Part shown: positions 11,701 to 25,365 of the stretch, piece by piece | Numbering within the stretch: the first letter of the stretch is position 1 | How the letters are laid out: the number at the start of each line of letters is the position of its first letter | From: Azolla caroliniana | Taxonomy: Eukaryota; Plantae; Polypodiophyta | Length of the DNA: 64,000 nt | Assembly (NCBI GenBank): GCA_043228905.1 | Contig: JBHGNT010000021.1 | Coordinates: forward strand, 5,394,001 to 5,458,000 | Reading direction: 5' to 3' | Made by a program: the position numbers and the translations under genes | Notes under the pieces: generated by a model | Databases searched by the model: none | The model's input: the letters and a program-made list of their open reading frames with translations, nothing else | What the model was told of the DNA's origin: nothing

Positions 11701-14700
11701 AATCACTTGATCAACTTGCTCATCCACCCAATCACACATTATGGAAGAAAGAGTCAAGATAGTATGCACGAGTTGGGTTTGGGGTGGAGCCATATATGCA
11801 CCGCTAAGCACTTAGGTGGAGCATCCCTACTAATTTGGACCATCATATGGCTACTTGAAATTTTAACATCTTAAAAGATATGGATATAGTAAATTTATAA
11901 CCTTGGGCAAAGTAAATTTGTTATTTTGTAAGAAAGTATTGTTACATGATACATCTACCATGGGAAAAGGAGGTTTGATGTTGCTTCTTGTTTGCATGTT
12001 GTGATAGTGCTTATCATTTAAATGTTTATAATTTTTTATTATTCAACGTGTGTTGCTCTCCTAGAACAAAGCTAGAGATTATTGAAGTGGCAATGCCCAC
12101 AATGCAGAATTTATTGCAGTTCCCCACCGACATAGCTTAGCTTGGAAATGGCTTGGCTTAATGATGAGCATGTTGATCATGACATTCAAGATTGTACAAA
12201 CTCTTTCACATGATCAAAATGATTTGGCCATCATTATCTGCTTTCCTTTTTCTTGTGGCCCTTCTGATTCTAGAATTGGTGGCACATGAATCATTAACAA
12301 TATATTGGTTATTTAATAACATAGAATTTATACTTATGGCGAAAACAATGCCATCTATAGTAAGTTAGTTGAAGATAGAGCCTTGTTAAGGATGAAGTGA
12401 AAGTATGAATATTATATATAACTATATATAAAAAATGAATGCTCCATACCTTATATTCTTCTAGTGCCCAATATCTTGAATTCTAAAAACACTTTCACAG
12501 TATGTATTGCTAAATTGGGACATTACCCGATGATAAGGGTTTCCTTCCACAGAAACTTTAAAATACTAACACATTTTAGGTGGGGCGTGTATTTTCTTTA
12601 TAGTGATTGAGGCAAATGCCAAGCACAAAGTCCTTACATGCCCAATTTCTAAACATATCTGGTTTATTATGTCGCATATTCAGCAATGTTAATTGGTAAA
12701 AATGTGTCACCATCAAGCTACAAATTATTTGCAACTTGAGCCTAACCTCCTACATTTGGGTGATTGGGTCATGACTATTGGAATGGAATTGTATGTCCTT
12801 TGGTGTGAAAATGTCAATGTTGTTTTATCAACATATGAGATACTAGTGCCATATGAACGCACCCTAATCCACTTGTTCATAGACTCCAATAACTACACAC
12901 CCAAATATCTTATTAGAAAATATATGTAAGTTCAAGTAAAACATGACTTCCTAATGTATGAACTTAGGACCACCACATTGTAATTTCTCAAGGCACTTGA
13001 GTTGTTTCAACAAAACAAAGCATATACCCAACCATAAAGAGGTATAGTAAAATAATCATAGCTCAATTCAAATGATAAAAGTGACATGTGCATATGTAGG
13101 TCAAACAAAGACATGTATTATGTGCATGGACTTTTAGGAAAGATTGTGTGAAGTATGATTTAGTAGTGGAACTGACTATCTTGCTTGGTTATCATTATAA
13201 AATTGGTGCACATGCCAAACATTTTTAGGTGCAAAAGTCATCGACAACTCAATAATCATTTGAACCACATTCAAATCCTTGGGTCAAGCCCAAACAAACA
13301 CAAGGGTTGAAACTTGGGCACACAAACTAGAAAGCTATGCATTTGCATCCTTGGACCATAATATTATGGCTCATAGGTGCAATGCTACTAGATTTTAATT
13401 ACATTTTAACCATGGGAGATACATAGGCCTTCATTTATGACAATTCACAAATCAAAGAAACTCTCACCATGACAAGTCGGTCGATTCCAATGGTCGGTTG
13501 TAAACTTCTTTTAAGGAATCTAAAGAGGATGATTGTAACTCACACAAGCAAACCCAATTGAAAGCCATTCAATTAACTAGTTGTCAAAAACCCCAACTCC
13601 ATAACTCTACATACTACAAAGTCAAAGCATTATCATGTATCACAAAGCATGCATCTAAGAGAACCCCCACCTTTACGATGGCAAAGGCCTTCCATTTTGG
13701 AAGCCCATAAAGTAATGAAAGCAGTTTTATGGGTGAGCAAGAGGTTACCGTGAAGAATTAGCAAAAACAAAGCAAAATATGTTAAACATGATCCAAGACA
13801 GTGGGTCATATACATCATTCTAATTTCTACCCAATTACTCACCGAGGAATAGCATCAACCTCTCATTAAACAAGTAGAGTTCCTTAGGTGTGCCTCTATG
13901 GGTATACAAAGTTTGTGCCTTTAATAAAAGACATTTATGTTTTTCTCGATTTTAACCGTGTAATTAACTTTTGAAGAGTTTCTATGAAAATAGCCTAATG
14001 TTTCAATGTTCTCACGATACATTCATATTTTTCACAAACCCAAATACCTCTCCCTCATTTTTAAAAACTCTCACTATAATCACCCCTACTCACCATCTCT
14101 CTCACCTTATAAGTTTGCAACAAAAATTTTACTGAGACAGATTGTAGCAACCCTACTTGAGCTATATATCAATGAATAATCTCATAACTAGCATTGAATC
14201 ACACCAAATGGATCGAGGATATCAAGAAAAACAAATTCACCACACTCACACAAACCTAACATATAGAGAGGGAGACCCACATGTAGTTTCTTTTCCATTT
14301 CCTTATTATCATACATAAGATGAGACTTCTTTGGACTCTTCAGAAATGACGATATCTCATTTCATTTCTTAATCTCTTGTTTGTTGCCACTCCTTCATGA
14401 TTCTGAAGGACAAAATTTCAAGGATAGGTACTTAACAATTATAAAAGATTCTGGTGGCGGATAGTAGAAAGTTTTGACATCAAATTGAAGGGGACACCAT
14501 ATCTTTGACAATGCGTTTTTCGACTGAAGTATGAACCACTACATCATAATGAGAACTACAACAATGACCAAAATGAGGGAGAGTTTTTTTAGCAGAACTT
14601 AACCAGACTCAATTCAATTGCAAGGAGCAAGAAATCTCAACGCTTCGAAATGAGATTTATAACTCAAATTGAATCTATGGATCCTTGCAATTCACAATAT

Positions 14701-14784
14701 GGGGCATATACAGCAAAAATCATGGGGAAACTCAGAAGGCAAATAAAATAATTCACCAAAGGTAAGTCCCTTCTAATGTCATCA

Positions 14785-17700
14785 TCAAGTACTACTTCTC
14801 CCAAGCACCTGCAAAATCAATTCAATTATTAATAATGGCATTCATATTTAGCGCATTTTTGTTTGACACGTCCTTGTTTAAAACTTTCTCGTAACACAAA
14901 CCGCTGATAAAATCGCTCGTGAGAGACGAGGAGCAGTATTATTTTGATCAGCTAAAACCGACTTCTTCTGTGGAAAATGACGCACAATCTTTGAAGTTTT
15001 TACAATTCTTGTCTCATCAGCATCTTGTGTAGATGCTGCCACCTCTGACAATTTATCAGTCTTTGACCTCTGCATAGACAAAAAACATACATTTTGAAGC
15101 ATATGCTTAAAATGTGCATTTCTCAAAACAATGGTGACATTTGAAACCCATTTTAGACTTCTGTCTAAACGGCAATCCTTTTTGGGGGATGGGGGGCGAT
15201 TAATGACCAAGACTACAAAAGCATGTGTGGGAAGAAAATATACATTTTTCAGCTTATCTTATGCATGTTATAGATACTGGAATGGACAAAATAACATTGA
15301 AATTTAAAACCCATTGCGCGTTTCAAAGGGCACATTTTGGGGTCTCAAATGAAGCTGAAGTTACTTTAAAGGTTGCAATAATGGTTCTTAGCAAAATAAC
15401 AAGGCTGCAAAAAGTATGTATATCAGTAAGAAATTATGTTTTGGCTCAACATATAGAAGGAGCATACAATTAAGCCTATCCTAGAATATCTGTTATGACA
15501 AAGCAATGGTGTGTCCCTATGCTTAAATTTGAAATACATATTTAGATTTCAACAGGCATTTTAAGTTTGAAATGATGAGCACAGAATTTTTTCAAAGGTT
15601 GCAAAAGTAAAACTCCACGACAAGATTGCAAAAGATAATGTTCCATAAGCAACAGAAAGTATGCATATGCAATTTCGGGAAATTATGTAAAATCCAGGAT
15701 TTGTATTTGAATTTGAAAACTCATTTGTCCAAAATTTTCATTGAAAATGTAACCTTGTTTTTACGCTCTTCCATAGCAGCAATAGCCTTTGATTGGTCGA
15801 CTTTAGAGAGATAAAAATCACGTTCTCTTTTTGCAGCTGATATGTTGGCTGCTTGTTTTTGTTCTCGGACAGCATTTCTATAGGCTGCATTAAATAAGAA
15901 ATCATTAGGATTCAGACCAAAAAATAACCTGGAATGACGCATTTCTTTTACCGATTTCCTCTGTAAGATTATCCCATTTGAATTTCTTCAGGTATTTGAT
16001 ATTCCAGAGATCATAGAAATATGCTGACCTCCTCTTGCCTCCTGCAATAAAAATAGTATGACATCAAACAAGAGAAGATACATACATGGATAAATGTATT
16101 TTTATATACACTCTTATCAGAACAGATGCAAACTTTCATATTAGATTTATATGATCGTCCCAACCCATAGGTTCTCCATTCAGCATTTCAGAAACTCTTC
16201 TTGCAACAGTTTTATCAGCGAATTCAACCCATCTGCAGTTACAATCAGTTTGATTGGAGAACTTAGTAAAATAAGAATTCAAAAGACAGCATACAACTTA
16301 ATAAAGATATACGAAAAAGGGCCCTCAATCATTCTTCTATCATAAGAAACTTGAGAATAGTCAATGCTATGAAGAATAAAGTTATAAAGTAAGTGGTTAA
16401 CATGAGCAGGTTCTTTCTTCATGCTTTTATTCCCCACAGTTATGAGCTTTGGCTGTAGAACAATCTGAAAGTTACCACCATCCAACTTATGATTTAGAAG
16501 GAAAATCAATGTCCTTTCCGTGACTACTATGCCAATTGCTTGTTCCAGTAATACTAAGAAAAATAGTTATGTTGATAATGGATTAAACCAGGCCACTGTG
16601 CTATAGGCAATGGGAGGCTAGAAGGCTTTACTTAGGGTTAGTATATGCACACAAGAATTGAGTTAATTCTAATTAATGATTTTCAATGCCTGGAAAATTT
16701 CTAGAGAAACATGACTAGAAACTTAAGTACACCTTAATTGTAATTTGTTACTATGAAATTACGAGACCAGAACTACATGAATATTCTGAATCAAAATGTA
16801 TTTCTAAATGCCAGTATTGAATTAGAATTTTTTATATAAACATCTCTCCTCTACACAATTAGTGCTTGTGTACATACATCTAGACATATTGATACACAAA
16901 AAATAGCATCCTATTCTTAAGGCTTCATTATCATTGCAATTAACATGAAACTAGAGGGAAAAACATCAAAGCATGTATATATAAGAACAAGACAAAATTA
17001 TCAACAAACGCACTGTGACAAGCATGGGATTTGATATTGATATGAATACATTATGGAAATAAGTCGTCCTAACTTACACCAATGACTTCTTTCCTGACCC
17101 TATATCTCTTCCTCAGCCTGAACTGTCTTGTCTATGTGAAAGCCACATGAACATCATCATCAAAAACACTTCTTTGGAGGCAACTTAGTATATAATTGTA
17201 ATGTTATCCATTCTTTTAAGTATGGTAATTCTTAGGTATGTTGCATTAATTTAGTTGGAACAGGGAAGTAACTAAGATCAAACCCTGCTTCAATCATATT
17301 ACTTGAAAGCAACATATTATAAGTGTTTGTTGTTAGCTGATTCTTTAGACTACATTAATTCAAGGTAAGTTGAGTTTATTATCGTGGAAGTTGGTCTTAG
17401 GATTACATTCGTTCAATCATTGTGGAAATGACTCACTGTTGAAGAATTAATTAATGCTAGACCCTCGACTCAATAAACTATAAGCAGAGCTCACCCTTCT
17501 GTAAAATTCTTCCCACTATCTTTTCCCGCCATTTTCCGACGTAACCTGACACCAGAATCTGCATAAAAGAAGTTGCATATATTTTTGAGAACCATAACCC
17601 AAATTAATCATTAGCAATCACTCCCTGGTTATAGAATATAATCAATAAAGAAACACCGAAAGTGCTCAATAAAGATCAATACTCTTTTTTAAAGCGTAAA

Positions 17701-18451
17701 ATTTTAAAGCTAAATGCAGATTGTCTCTGATTCCAAAGTGGTAATTTGGTTCGTGAAGTATTGATGAACCTTGCATAGGGAGTCATACCTTCTGGAATTC
17801 AGTAATCATTTCATAGATATAAAAGGCCAATTTCAACTGCATCATAAACACTTTTATCTGTTCCATTATGTTTTGAAATGTGCCAAAAATTCACATTGTG
17901 CAATTCCGTGGGGCTTATTTGTCTCTTGAAAGAATGAAATAGCTCTCTCTATCCATCTATCTATCTATCTCTAAATAAAAACACAAACTTTACGATGCAT
18001 AAATACACATCGGTATACATACAGAAGTGCATATTAGTGTACATTATACATATCTATGTATCATGTATACGCATGTACCTAAATCCATATGTAGGTGATG
18101 TTACTGACCTTCGGGAGCAAGATAAATGCGGAGAATTTCTCCATACTGAGATAGGAGATGACGGAGTTTGAGAGGCTTGAGGTGGGGCGGAATTCTGCTC
18201 AGGTAGCATACTCCTCTCCTCTCAGATTTTGCCATTTCTCGAAGAAGCTTCTTCTTCCGCCTCTCCTTCCGCCTCTTCCTTTCTTCACTCTCTTCCTCTT
18301 CTTCAACCCCGTTCGTTCTTTCTTCTTTCCCCATTGCTTTAGCCTTTTGCCCTTCTGCATCTTCTTCTCTTTCTTCATCGCTTTCTTCTTCTACTGCTTC
18401 CTCTTCTTCTGCCTCCTCTGTTTCTAAATCCTGCTCCTCCTTCTTCTCCAT
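14785..18451 (-). CDS. ESF2: Pre-rRNA processing protein ESF2 / ABT1, 7 coding exons
   Basis: Exons ~18451-18109 (RGVCYLSRIPP...GEILRIYLAPE), 17558-17495 (KNFTEG), ~16232-16165 (WVEFADK...MLNGEPMG), ~16042-15952 (YDLWNIKYLKKFKWDNLTEEI), ~15885-15754 (ISAAKRERDFYL), ~15070-14903, and 14808-14785 (stop). GT-AG introns. Confidence 0.93.
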
Positions 18452-18489
18452 GATCGAGTAGGAATGAAAAAAGGAATAAATACCAGTAT

Positions 18490-18507
18490 TAGGGTTTAGG
18501 GTTTAGG
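18490..18507 (-). promoter_or_regulatory. Tandem telo-box (AAACCCTA) upstream of ESF2
   Basis: TAGGGTTTAGGGTTTAGG about 40 nt upstream of the ESF2 ATG. Telo-boxes are typical of plant ribosome-biogenesis genes. Confidence 0.7.
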
Positions 18508-18718
18508 AAAACCACTCTAGAGCAATCGATTTACCGCTGCTGCTGCTGCTGCTGTTGTTGTAGGGCAACCGTCTGCTCAGTTCAAATCTTTTCTGTCGAT
18601 TGTGAGTGACCTTGGAAGACCAAATCCTGCGATGGGTTTATACTCTGTTTCTCGGCTCTGTACTGAAAATCGAGAGGGACTATGTTCATCAGAACAGAGC
18701 AGCCCAACAACAAGATTC

Positions 18719-19389
18719 TATGTATGTATGTTGAGTACTTGCATATTGATGTATGTATGTAATGTATGTTTGTATGTATTGCATGTATGTATGTATGTAT
18801 TGCATGTATGTATGTTGAGTACATGCATATTGATGCATGTATGTAATGTATGTATGTATGTATGTATTGCATGTATGTATGTATGTATGTATTGCATGTA
18901 TGCATGTATGTATGTATTGCATGTATGCATGTATGTATGTATTGCATGTATGTATGTATGTATATTGAGTATGCTTTCTTTTCTTTTCTTTTTTTATTAA
19001 AGATATCCTGTCATTAGTGTAATCATTTTACAAAATTAAAATTCTATGTGATTGGGGGGGGGGGGGGGGGGGGGGGGGAACAACCATTTGGGAGGTTGAA
19101 AATGCCAATAAGGAGTACCACAGTTGGCTGTCATGAATGGAGTAGCTTTCCATATAGTGATAAACTCATGCCGTCATGAATGGAGTAGCTTTCCATATAG
19201 TGATAAACTCATGCCGTTGAGCAAAATGTATGTATGTAATGTATTATTTGTTTTGTTTGTATGTTTATATGTATGCATGTTGATGTACGCATGCATGTTT
19301 TGTTTGTATGTATGCATGCATGTATGTATGTATTGCATGTATGCATGTATGCAATGCTTGAATGTATGTATGTATGTATGTATGTATGT
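18719..19389. repeat. (TATG)n/(TGCA) microsatellite blocks, a poly-G run and a 43-bp tandem duplication
   Basis: TATG arrays at 18719-18963 and 19226-19389, a G run at ~19053-19078, and a duplicated GTCATGAATGGAGTAGC unit at ~19130-19217. Confidence 0.9.
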
Positions 19390-21719
19390 CCTTGGAACAA
19401 ACTAGGGACATAAAATAAAAAAATTGTGGAGTCGGTGGGGAAACTTCAATCGGAAGGAGACTCGGAACACTTTCTGATCGAACCAACGCATTCGATATCC
19501 AATTTTGTGTTGTGATACATACCTCTCTACACACGTACGTACGTATGCACGAATATACGCATGTTTCCTCTCGGCTTCGCCACGCCCACACCCCACTCTC
19601 CGAGCCGCCCGACTCGTGTATCGAATACCACTCTCCGAGCATTTCGATGATTGTCGAGAGTCTGCAAATGCTAAGGTGACGAACATTTTTGTATGTGAGC
19701 TTTGTTGAGCCCCTCCTCGTTGAAAGAGAGGTTGTGAGATGCGATGGAGTTGAAGGTCAACATATAATTTTTAAATACGGTTGATTGGTCATAGTGATAA
19801 TTATCACGGAAGATGTGATTTCATCGAGATTGTATGGCCCACAATTGGATATGAGGGAAAATATTTGAATTGCTTGATAAAATAGGAACATCAAATACTC
19901 CCAATACACATACATAAACACCACATATTAAAGGATCAGACATTTACGGGGTTATTTTATCATCCACTTTACTATGTTTACTAGTGTTATTAGACAACCT
20001 ACTTTTATGATTCTCTATTTATTAGAAACAAGTTGCTCATCACTTTTGTAATTTTGTTTGGTCGGAAGTTGGAACGTTTGGTAACATTCTGTTGTTCAAC
20101 CATTACACGACCGAGAAAGTGTTTCCCACAACATCTCATACATTTAGGGGACATATATGTTTCGGATTTAGTCATGCATGACTCATTTGATCACTATATG
20201 CAACCACCACTCCTTCAAGCTTTGACAATTGTTTGAAAGAAACGGATGTATATAATAAACATTCATACCTTAAACAAATAGTCATGTTGTGCTTGTTCAA
20301 ATCATCTTTTATTCAAGGACCATTTCGGGGTTGTGTTATTTGGCTTGTGCCACTAATTCATGATTCTCTCATCTCTACCATTTTCAGTTATCATCACAAG
20401 TAAGCTCATAAAAAAGTGAAAGATGTGCAACTATATAAGATACATTCTAAACATGCTTGACCACATACAACTAATGGAAAAATCAATTGTCTGACACTAC
20501 ATATTTATGATAGATCGTGGAAACATAGAGGCTAGCTCATACATTCAAGAGAGGAGAGAATAGAGAGCAAATTGTCTATGTGCCTAAAAACAAACCAAAT
20601 GCCCAACTAAATTTGTGGATGTCCTCTCCATGGATGCAACAAAACAATGTCTACTTCGTCACAATCATTGCAATGCATTAAATTGCTACATTCTCACAAT
20701 TCTCATGTAGAAATAGACGGAAAAGCTTTGTATGTTACTTGTATCCCATCGGTCATACCATCTTCTCATAGCAATTATTGATTCACCGTCAAAGCTTTCA
20801 ACATACGTTTTTAAAATTAGGCTATTATTACATATTCTAAGGTTTTAATATTCTCCTTCTATAGCAATTCATTCTAGTCTTTTTTAAAGAAATTCCTCCA
20901 TGAACATTGTCAGTGACTATTTGATCCAATTGCATACATACAAAGGAGGGTTCTCAAGTACCCCATTATGCAAATAAATAAATAAATAATTCTCAAACTT
21001 GTAGAGGTTGTGAACCTCTTTGTAATATATGTAGGCAACCAAAACCTAACCACAAAAGCATGAAATGAAGCTATAGTGTTGATCCATCCTTTATAATTGT
21101 TTGCCACATGAAGATGAAATGAATGACATGCACACTATATTGCCACCACCATATTAGGCATACAATAATATCTCTCAATTGTCTTTGTGGGCTTGATGTG
21201 TTCATGACTCCCTTATCTTGTTTTGGACCCTCTGAAACACTGCTCCTTATCAGGATGTTATATGGTTTGCACTATCATAACCCCATATTAAGTTTGTAAG
21301 CTTGCACATTATATAATATTTATTCCTTTTCTTATGTTCCTTTTCCTTTCACCATAAGAGGAATTAGAAATGAAGAGAGTAACTGATTGACAACAATGAG
21401 AAGTGTTTACACAAATGTTTCAAACAGAAAAGGAGATTATAAGCAATGTGTGTGTTAGTAATTACAATGATAATGTTTTACAATGAAGATACTCCTCTTT
21501 GGTGTGTTCCTTTTCAATTAAGAGCACTTAGAACCAACGAGGTCGGTTAGACTAACCCACAAATGAATTCACATCATAGAACCCATGGATGATGTCCGGT
21601 CTCAAAGCTTATTAAGTAGATTTCTACATTCTCTAGCTTCGAGAATAGTAAACATATATACATTAAAAAATGTACACTAATCGCACATTCTCCTCCCATA
21701 AATACATTTGTACAAAGAT

Positions 21720-24700
21720 CTAGCAATCCTCATCTCGTAGGTTCTCTTGCTTGGCCAATGCTTGATCCAACCTTTGTTCGAAAGGGACGTCATGCCAACT
21801 TACCTTTTGGTCCTAAAAGAAAACCAAAAACCCTTCAAAGAAGTTAGTTGTGCAACAATAAAAGAAGACACGACATTAGTCTTCCACTCAAAAGATAGAA
21901 AAGACGTTGCGAACCTCCTTGTATTTGTTCGTGTAATTGGGTATCCCATTCCCATCCCACTTCTGAGTTTTATGGTCTTCACACATAAATCTAGACTTGA
22001 AATCCAAAGTGCTCACTTCTTCATTAACATCCATCATCTTCTTCGTCTTTGTCTTCGTATTCATCTTCTTTTCACAATATCCAAACAATCGGGATTGTTC
22101 CACCTCCATCGCATTCCTCTCGTGTAAAATCTTTCGGACGTCATCACTATCGCATCGCGATTTCTTTCTCCGAGCCACGACTTCCTTGTCCGATACCACA
22201 ACACACGATGATGCCAATTCCATATTATTGTCCAATGACCTCCTCTCTTTGGCAACGATGGCTTGTCCGGTAGCAACCCTTTTCACGCCGTCACTCGGCA
22301 ATCTCGATCGCACATATGGAGACGAGACGGAATCTCGTGAAATGGCACGCTTATTTGTTGTCTCCTCCTCGATTCCTCGATGAGGTAGCTGCTCTTCATC
22401 ATAAAAGTTGTGCGCAGAGTTGTTTCCTCTTGTGTTACCTAATATCAATCAATAGGTACATATATGCATTTAACCACATTGATGAGTGGTTAATCTTGAA
22501 GGCTATAGAGTAAGTAGACCAACTTGCCATACAAACTTTTGTTGGAACTTTGCAGATTGTTTGTTATTATTATGAATGAATCATGCTTATGAGGTTAAAT
22601 ATGTTGTTTATTAGGAGAGTTTTGTGCTGACATCAATGGCATCCTATGAAAGAAAAGGATTTCTATTCATACATGGACTGAGATGGAGTGCTCCATGTTT
22701 TGATTACTTTTAATCATGTTGATCAGGTGAAATATGTATATAGGAGAGCTTAATCCCCACTCAAATCATCTTATGATATTCACAAGGATGACAAAAAGCA
22801 TCGATAAAACAAATTATATCGAGCACAAATTATCTTATGATCTTCACGAGGATGACAAAAAACATCGATAAAGCCAATTTAATTATATCAAACACAAATC
22901 AACTATGATGGTAATGAAAACTGCATCTGACTCAGAAACTCATATATGGTATCATTTATAATCTCAGGATTTGCATTCGATATGCATGCTGAAGAGGAAA
23001 TTGTCTGACCTTTTCGAGAGTGCGAAGATATGCCAAATTCAATATCCCTCTCCACATGTGTTTGAACTTGAACTGCCTTCGATGGATCGAGGTCTTCAAA
23101 CACTTCCAACTTCCTCTTAGAATTTCCATTCTTTGAATCAAGAATTTCCCTGTAATTCAAAGAAATCGTTGTTAGAAGAGTGCATGAGATCAACCACATG
23201 AATGAAATTGAGGTGAAATCATGTCATATAGACTATCAGATTGTACAATGTGGGATCTAGCTTTTCATGAGCTTTGTTTGTATTGTCAATGCTGGGACCG
23301 AGCCTTGTCTCATCAGTTTTCGGTTGAGTCGCATAATGTATGTCTGGGGTATATTCTTTAGAGTAATTATCATCGAGAGATGCCAAAGATCTATCGTTAT
23401 GCGGCTCCCTCACATTGTACGTGTTTTCTGGAGTTGGTGCTGTTACAAACAAGAATCAAGAAATCTCAATCTCAAACTCTGAATCTCAAACCCTCAAACT
23501 TCTAAGAATCAAGCAATCTCAATCCCCCAATCTTTTGTTCAGAATAGGGGGTCTCGACCCATCATCGGCGATTCAAATCCCATTTACTGCACTAATTTAT
23601 TAGATGTCACCATCACCATGCATTGCCCGGATCGACAATGAATGACCTTATGACCTAACTCATGGATGGATTCTGAAACAAACTCATTCTGCACTCATTG
23701 ATCCCAGAAGTTCAGAACCTATCTGTCTACCTAGCTATTTGTATATATCTATCTCTAAATCAACATTTAGACAAACCTACCCTCAATCAACATTTAGACA
23801 AACCTACCCTCTAGGCTCTCATGGAAGAGGAGATGCTGGATTTTGATCCTGCAGGTCATAAGTGTCATCATATATGGCCTCCATGGAAGCTAGGAATTAA
23901 GGGGGTTAATTTGGGAATGTGGTGAAGCAATTCGGGTACTGTGGGATGGGTTTTGAAAAATGAGGGGTATCATTCAGGGAAATGTTTAGAAATACTCGGT
24001 GCATTTGTGGCCATTTATATTCCTCAGATTCTGTTCCATCATTTCTCTATGATCTTTTGATGTAAACTTTGCCCTATCTAATTTAATCCAATTCTGGTAT
24101 TTCTCATGGCTTGGTTTCACAGTCTCTCCTCAAAAATCTCATGAAATTCCATGTCCTAAAAAAAAAACACAAAATCAAGTCAAATTTCCCTTCATATTTG
24201 ATTGCTAAATTTCTGTTCTTTCTCGAGCCTAAACTCAATTCTGCCTTAACACGTTCTCTCTTTCTCTCTCTCTCTCTCATACTCAGAGACACACGATTGA
24301 AGAAGAAAATAATGAAGGAATAAATCTCTCACCGCTTGAGCTAACTCTTGGAGATGGAGCAACTTCAGCTAAATTCTGAGAGAATAAGAAAAATACACCC
24401 ATACGTCAAACATCGCAGAGAGACCAATCGACAATTATAAGAGATCATTGGAACAAGAGAAGTATGGATTAAAGAAGTTGAAATCAGAGGGAAAAGGGGA
24501 GAAATTTCATCAATATCATGATCAATAGCATCATCATCATCATCAATATGAGCATCTTCATCGTCATCAGTATCATCATCAATGTCACGATGATCAATAA
24601 TATCTCAATCGTAAACATCTTCATCTTCATCTTCATCTTCGTCTCAGTCGCAATTCTTACCTTAGACCTCGATGTGGGTTTACGTTCTGATTTGAAGAAA

Positions 24701-24726
24701 CAACAAGTGAGGAAGAGACGAACCAT
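21720..24726 (-). CDS. JAS: JASON-like protein (multi-exon)
   Basis: The spliced C-terminus KWDGNGIPNYTNKYKE|DQKVSWHDVPFEQRLDQAL (intron 21813-21914, GT-AG) matches the conserved JASON C-terminal motif. First exon MVRLFLTCCF...SK ends at a GTAAG donor. Internal exons are tentative. Confidence 0.8.
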
Positions 24727-24768
24727 GTCCTAATAAGATTAGGCCACAGCCATTCTGGCTCTTTGCAT

Positions 24769-24801
<33 letters not shown>

Positions 24802-24922
24802 GAGAAGGAGCGAAGAAGATGATGACAATGGTGATGATGAAGGAAAGGAAGAATTTGTTGCAGAAATGATGGCATTTGGAGCGGATGGAAGAAATTTCTG
24901 GCGGCTTGGACCCCCCCATTGA

Positions 24923-25365
24923 TTCTATACGCAGAAAGCCCCTTAACCCTGGTTAATTCCACACGCAGAAAGCCCCTTAACCCTGGTTAATTCCATACGC
25001 AGAAAGCCCCTTAACCCTGGTTAATTCCATACGCAGATGTCCCCTTAACCCTGGTTAATTCCATACGCTGATGTCCCCTTAACCCTGGTTAATTCCATAC
25101 GCAGAGGTCCCCTTAACCCTGGTTAATTCCATACGCAGAGGTCCCCTTAACCCTGGTTAATTCTATACGCAGATGTCCCCTTAACCCTGGTTAATTCCAT
25201 TCGCTGATGTCCCCTTGACCCTGGTTAATTCCATACGCAGAGGTCCCCTTAACCCTGGTTAATTCCATACGCAGAGGTCCCCTTAACCCGGGTTAATTCC
25301 ATACGCAGAGGTCCCCTTAACCCTGGTTAACTCCATGCTCAGGAAATCCCCTTAACCCGGGTTAG
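24923..25365. repeat. 34-bp tandem minisatellite, about 13 copies, with palindrome TTAACC-CT-GGTTAA
   Basis: Unit TTCCATACGCAGAGGTCCCCTTAACCCTGGTTAA. Isolated degenerate cores continue to ~25665. Confidence 0.95.

Noticed and set aside
10200-14000. Possible coding or TE relics in the intergenic stretch
   Set aside because: I could not recognise any motif, terminus or splice-consistent frame, so it is left unannotated.
18582-19405. Tyr/Ile/His- and Cys/Met-rich ORFs
   Set aside because: They are translations of (TATG)n microsatellites.
24923-25365. CRISPR-like appearance of the palindromic 34-bp array
   Set aside because: The sequences between palindromes are near-identical rather than unique spacers, there are no cas genes, and the context is eukaryotic.
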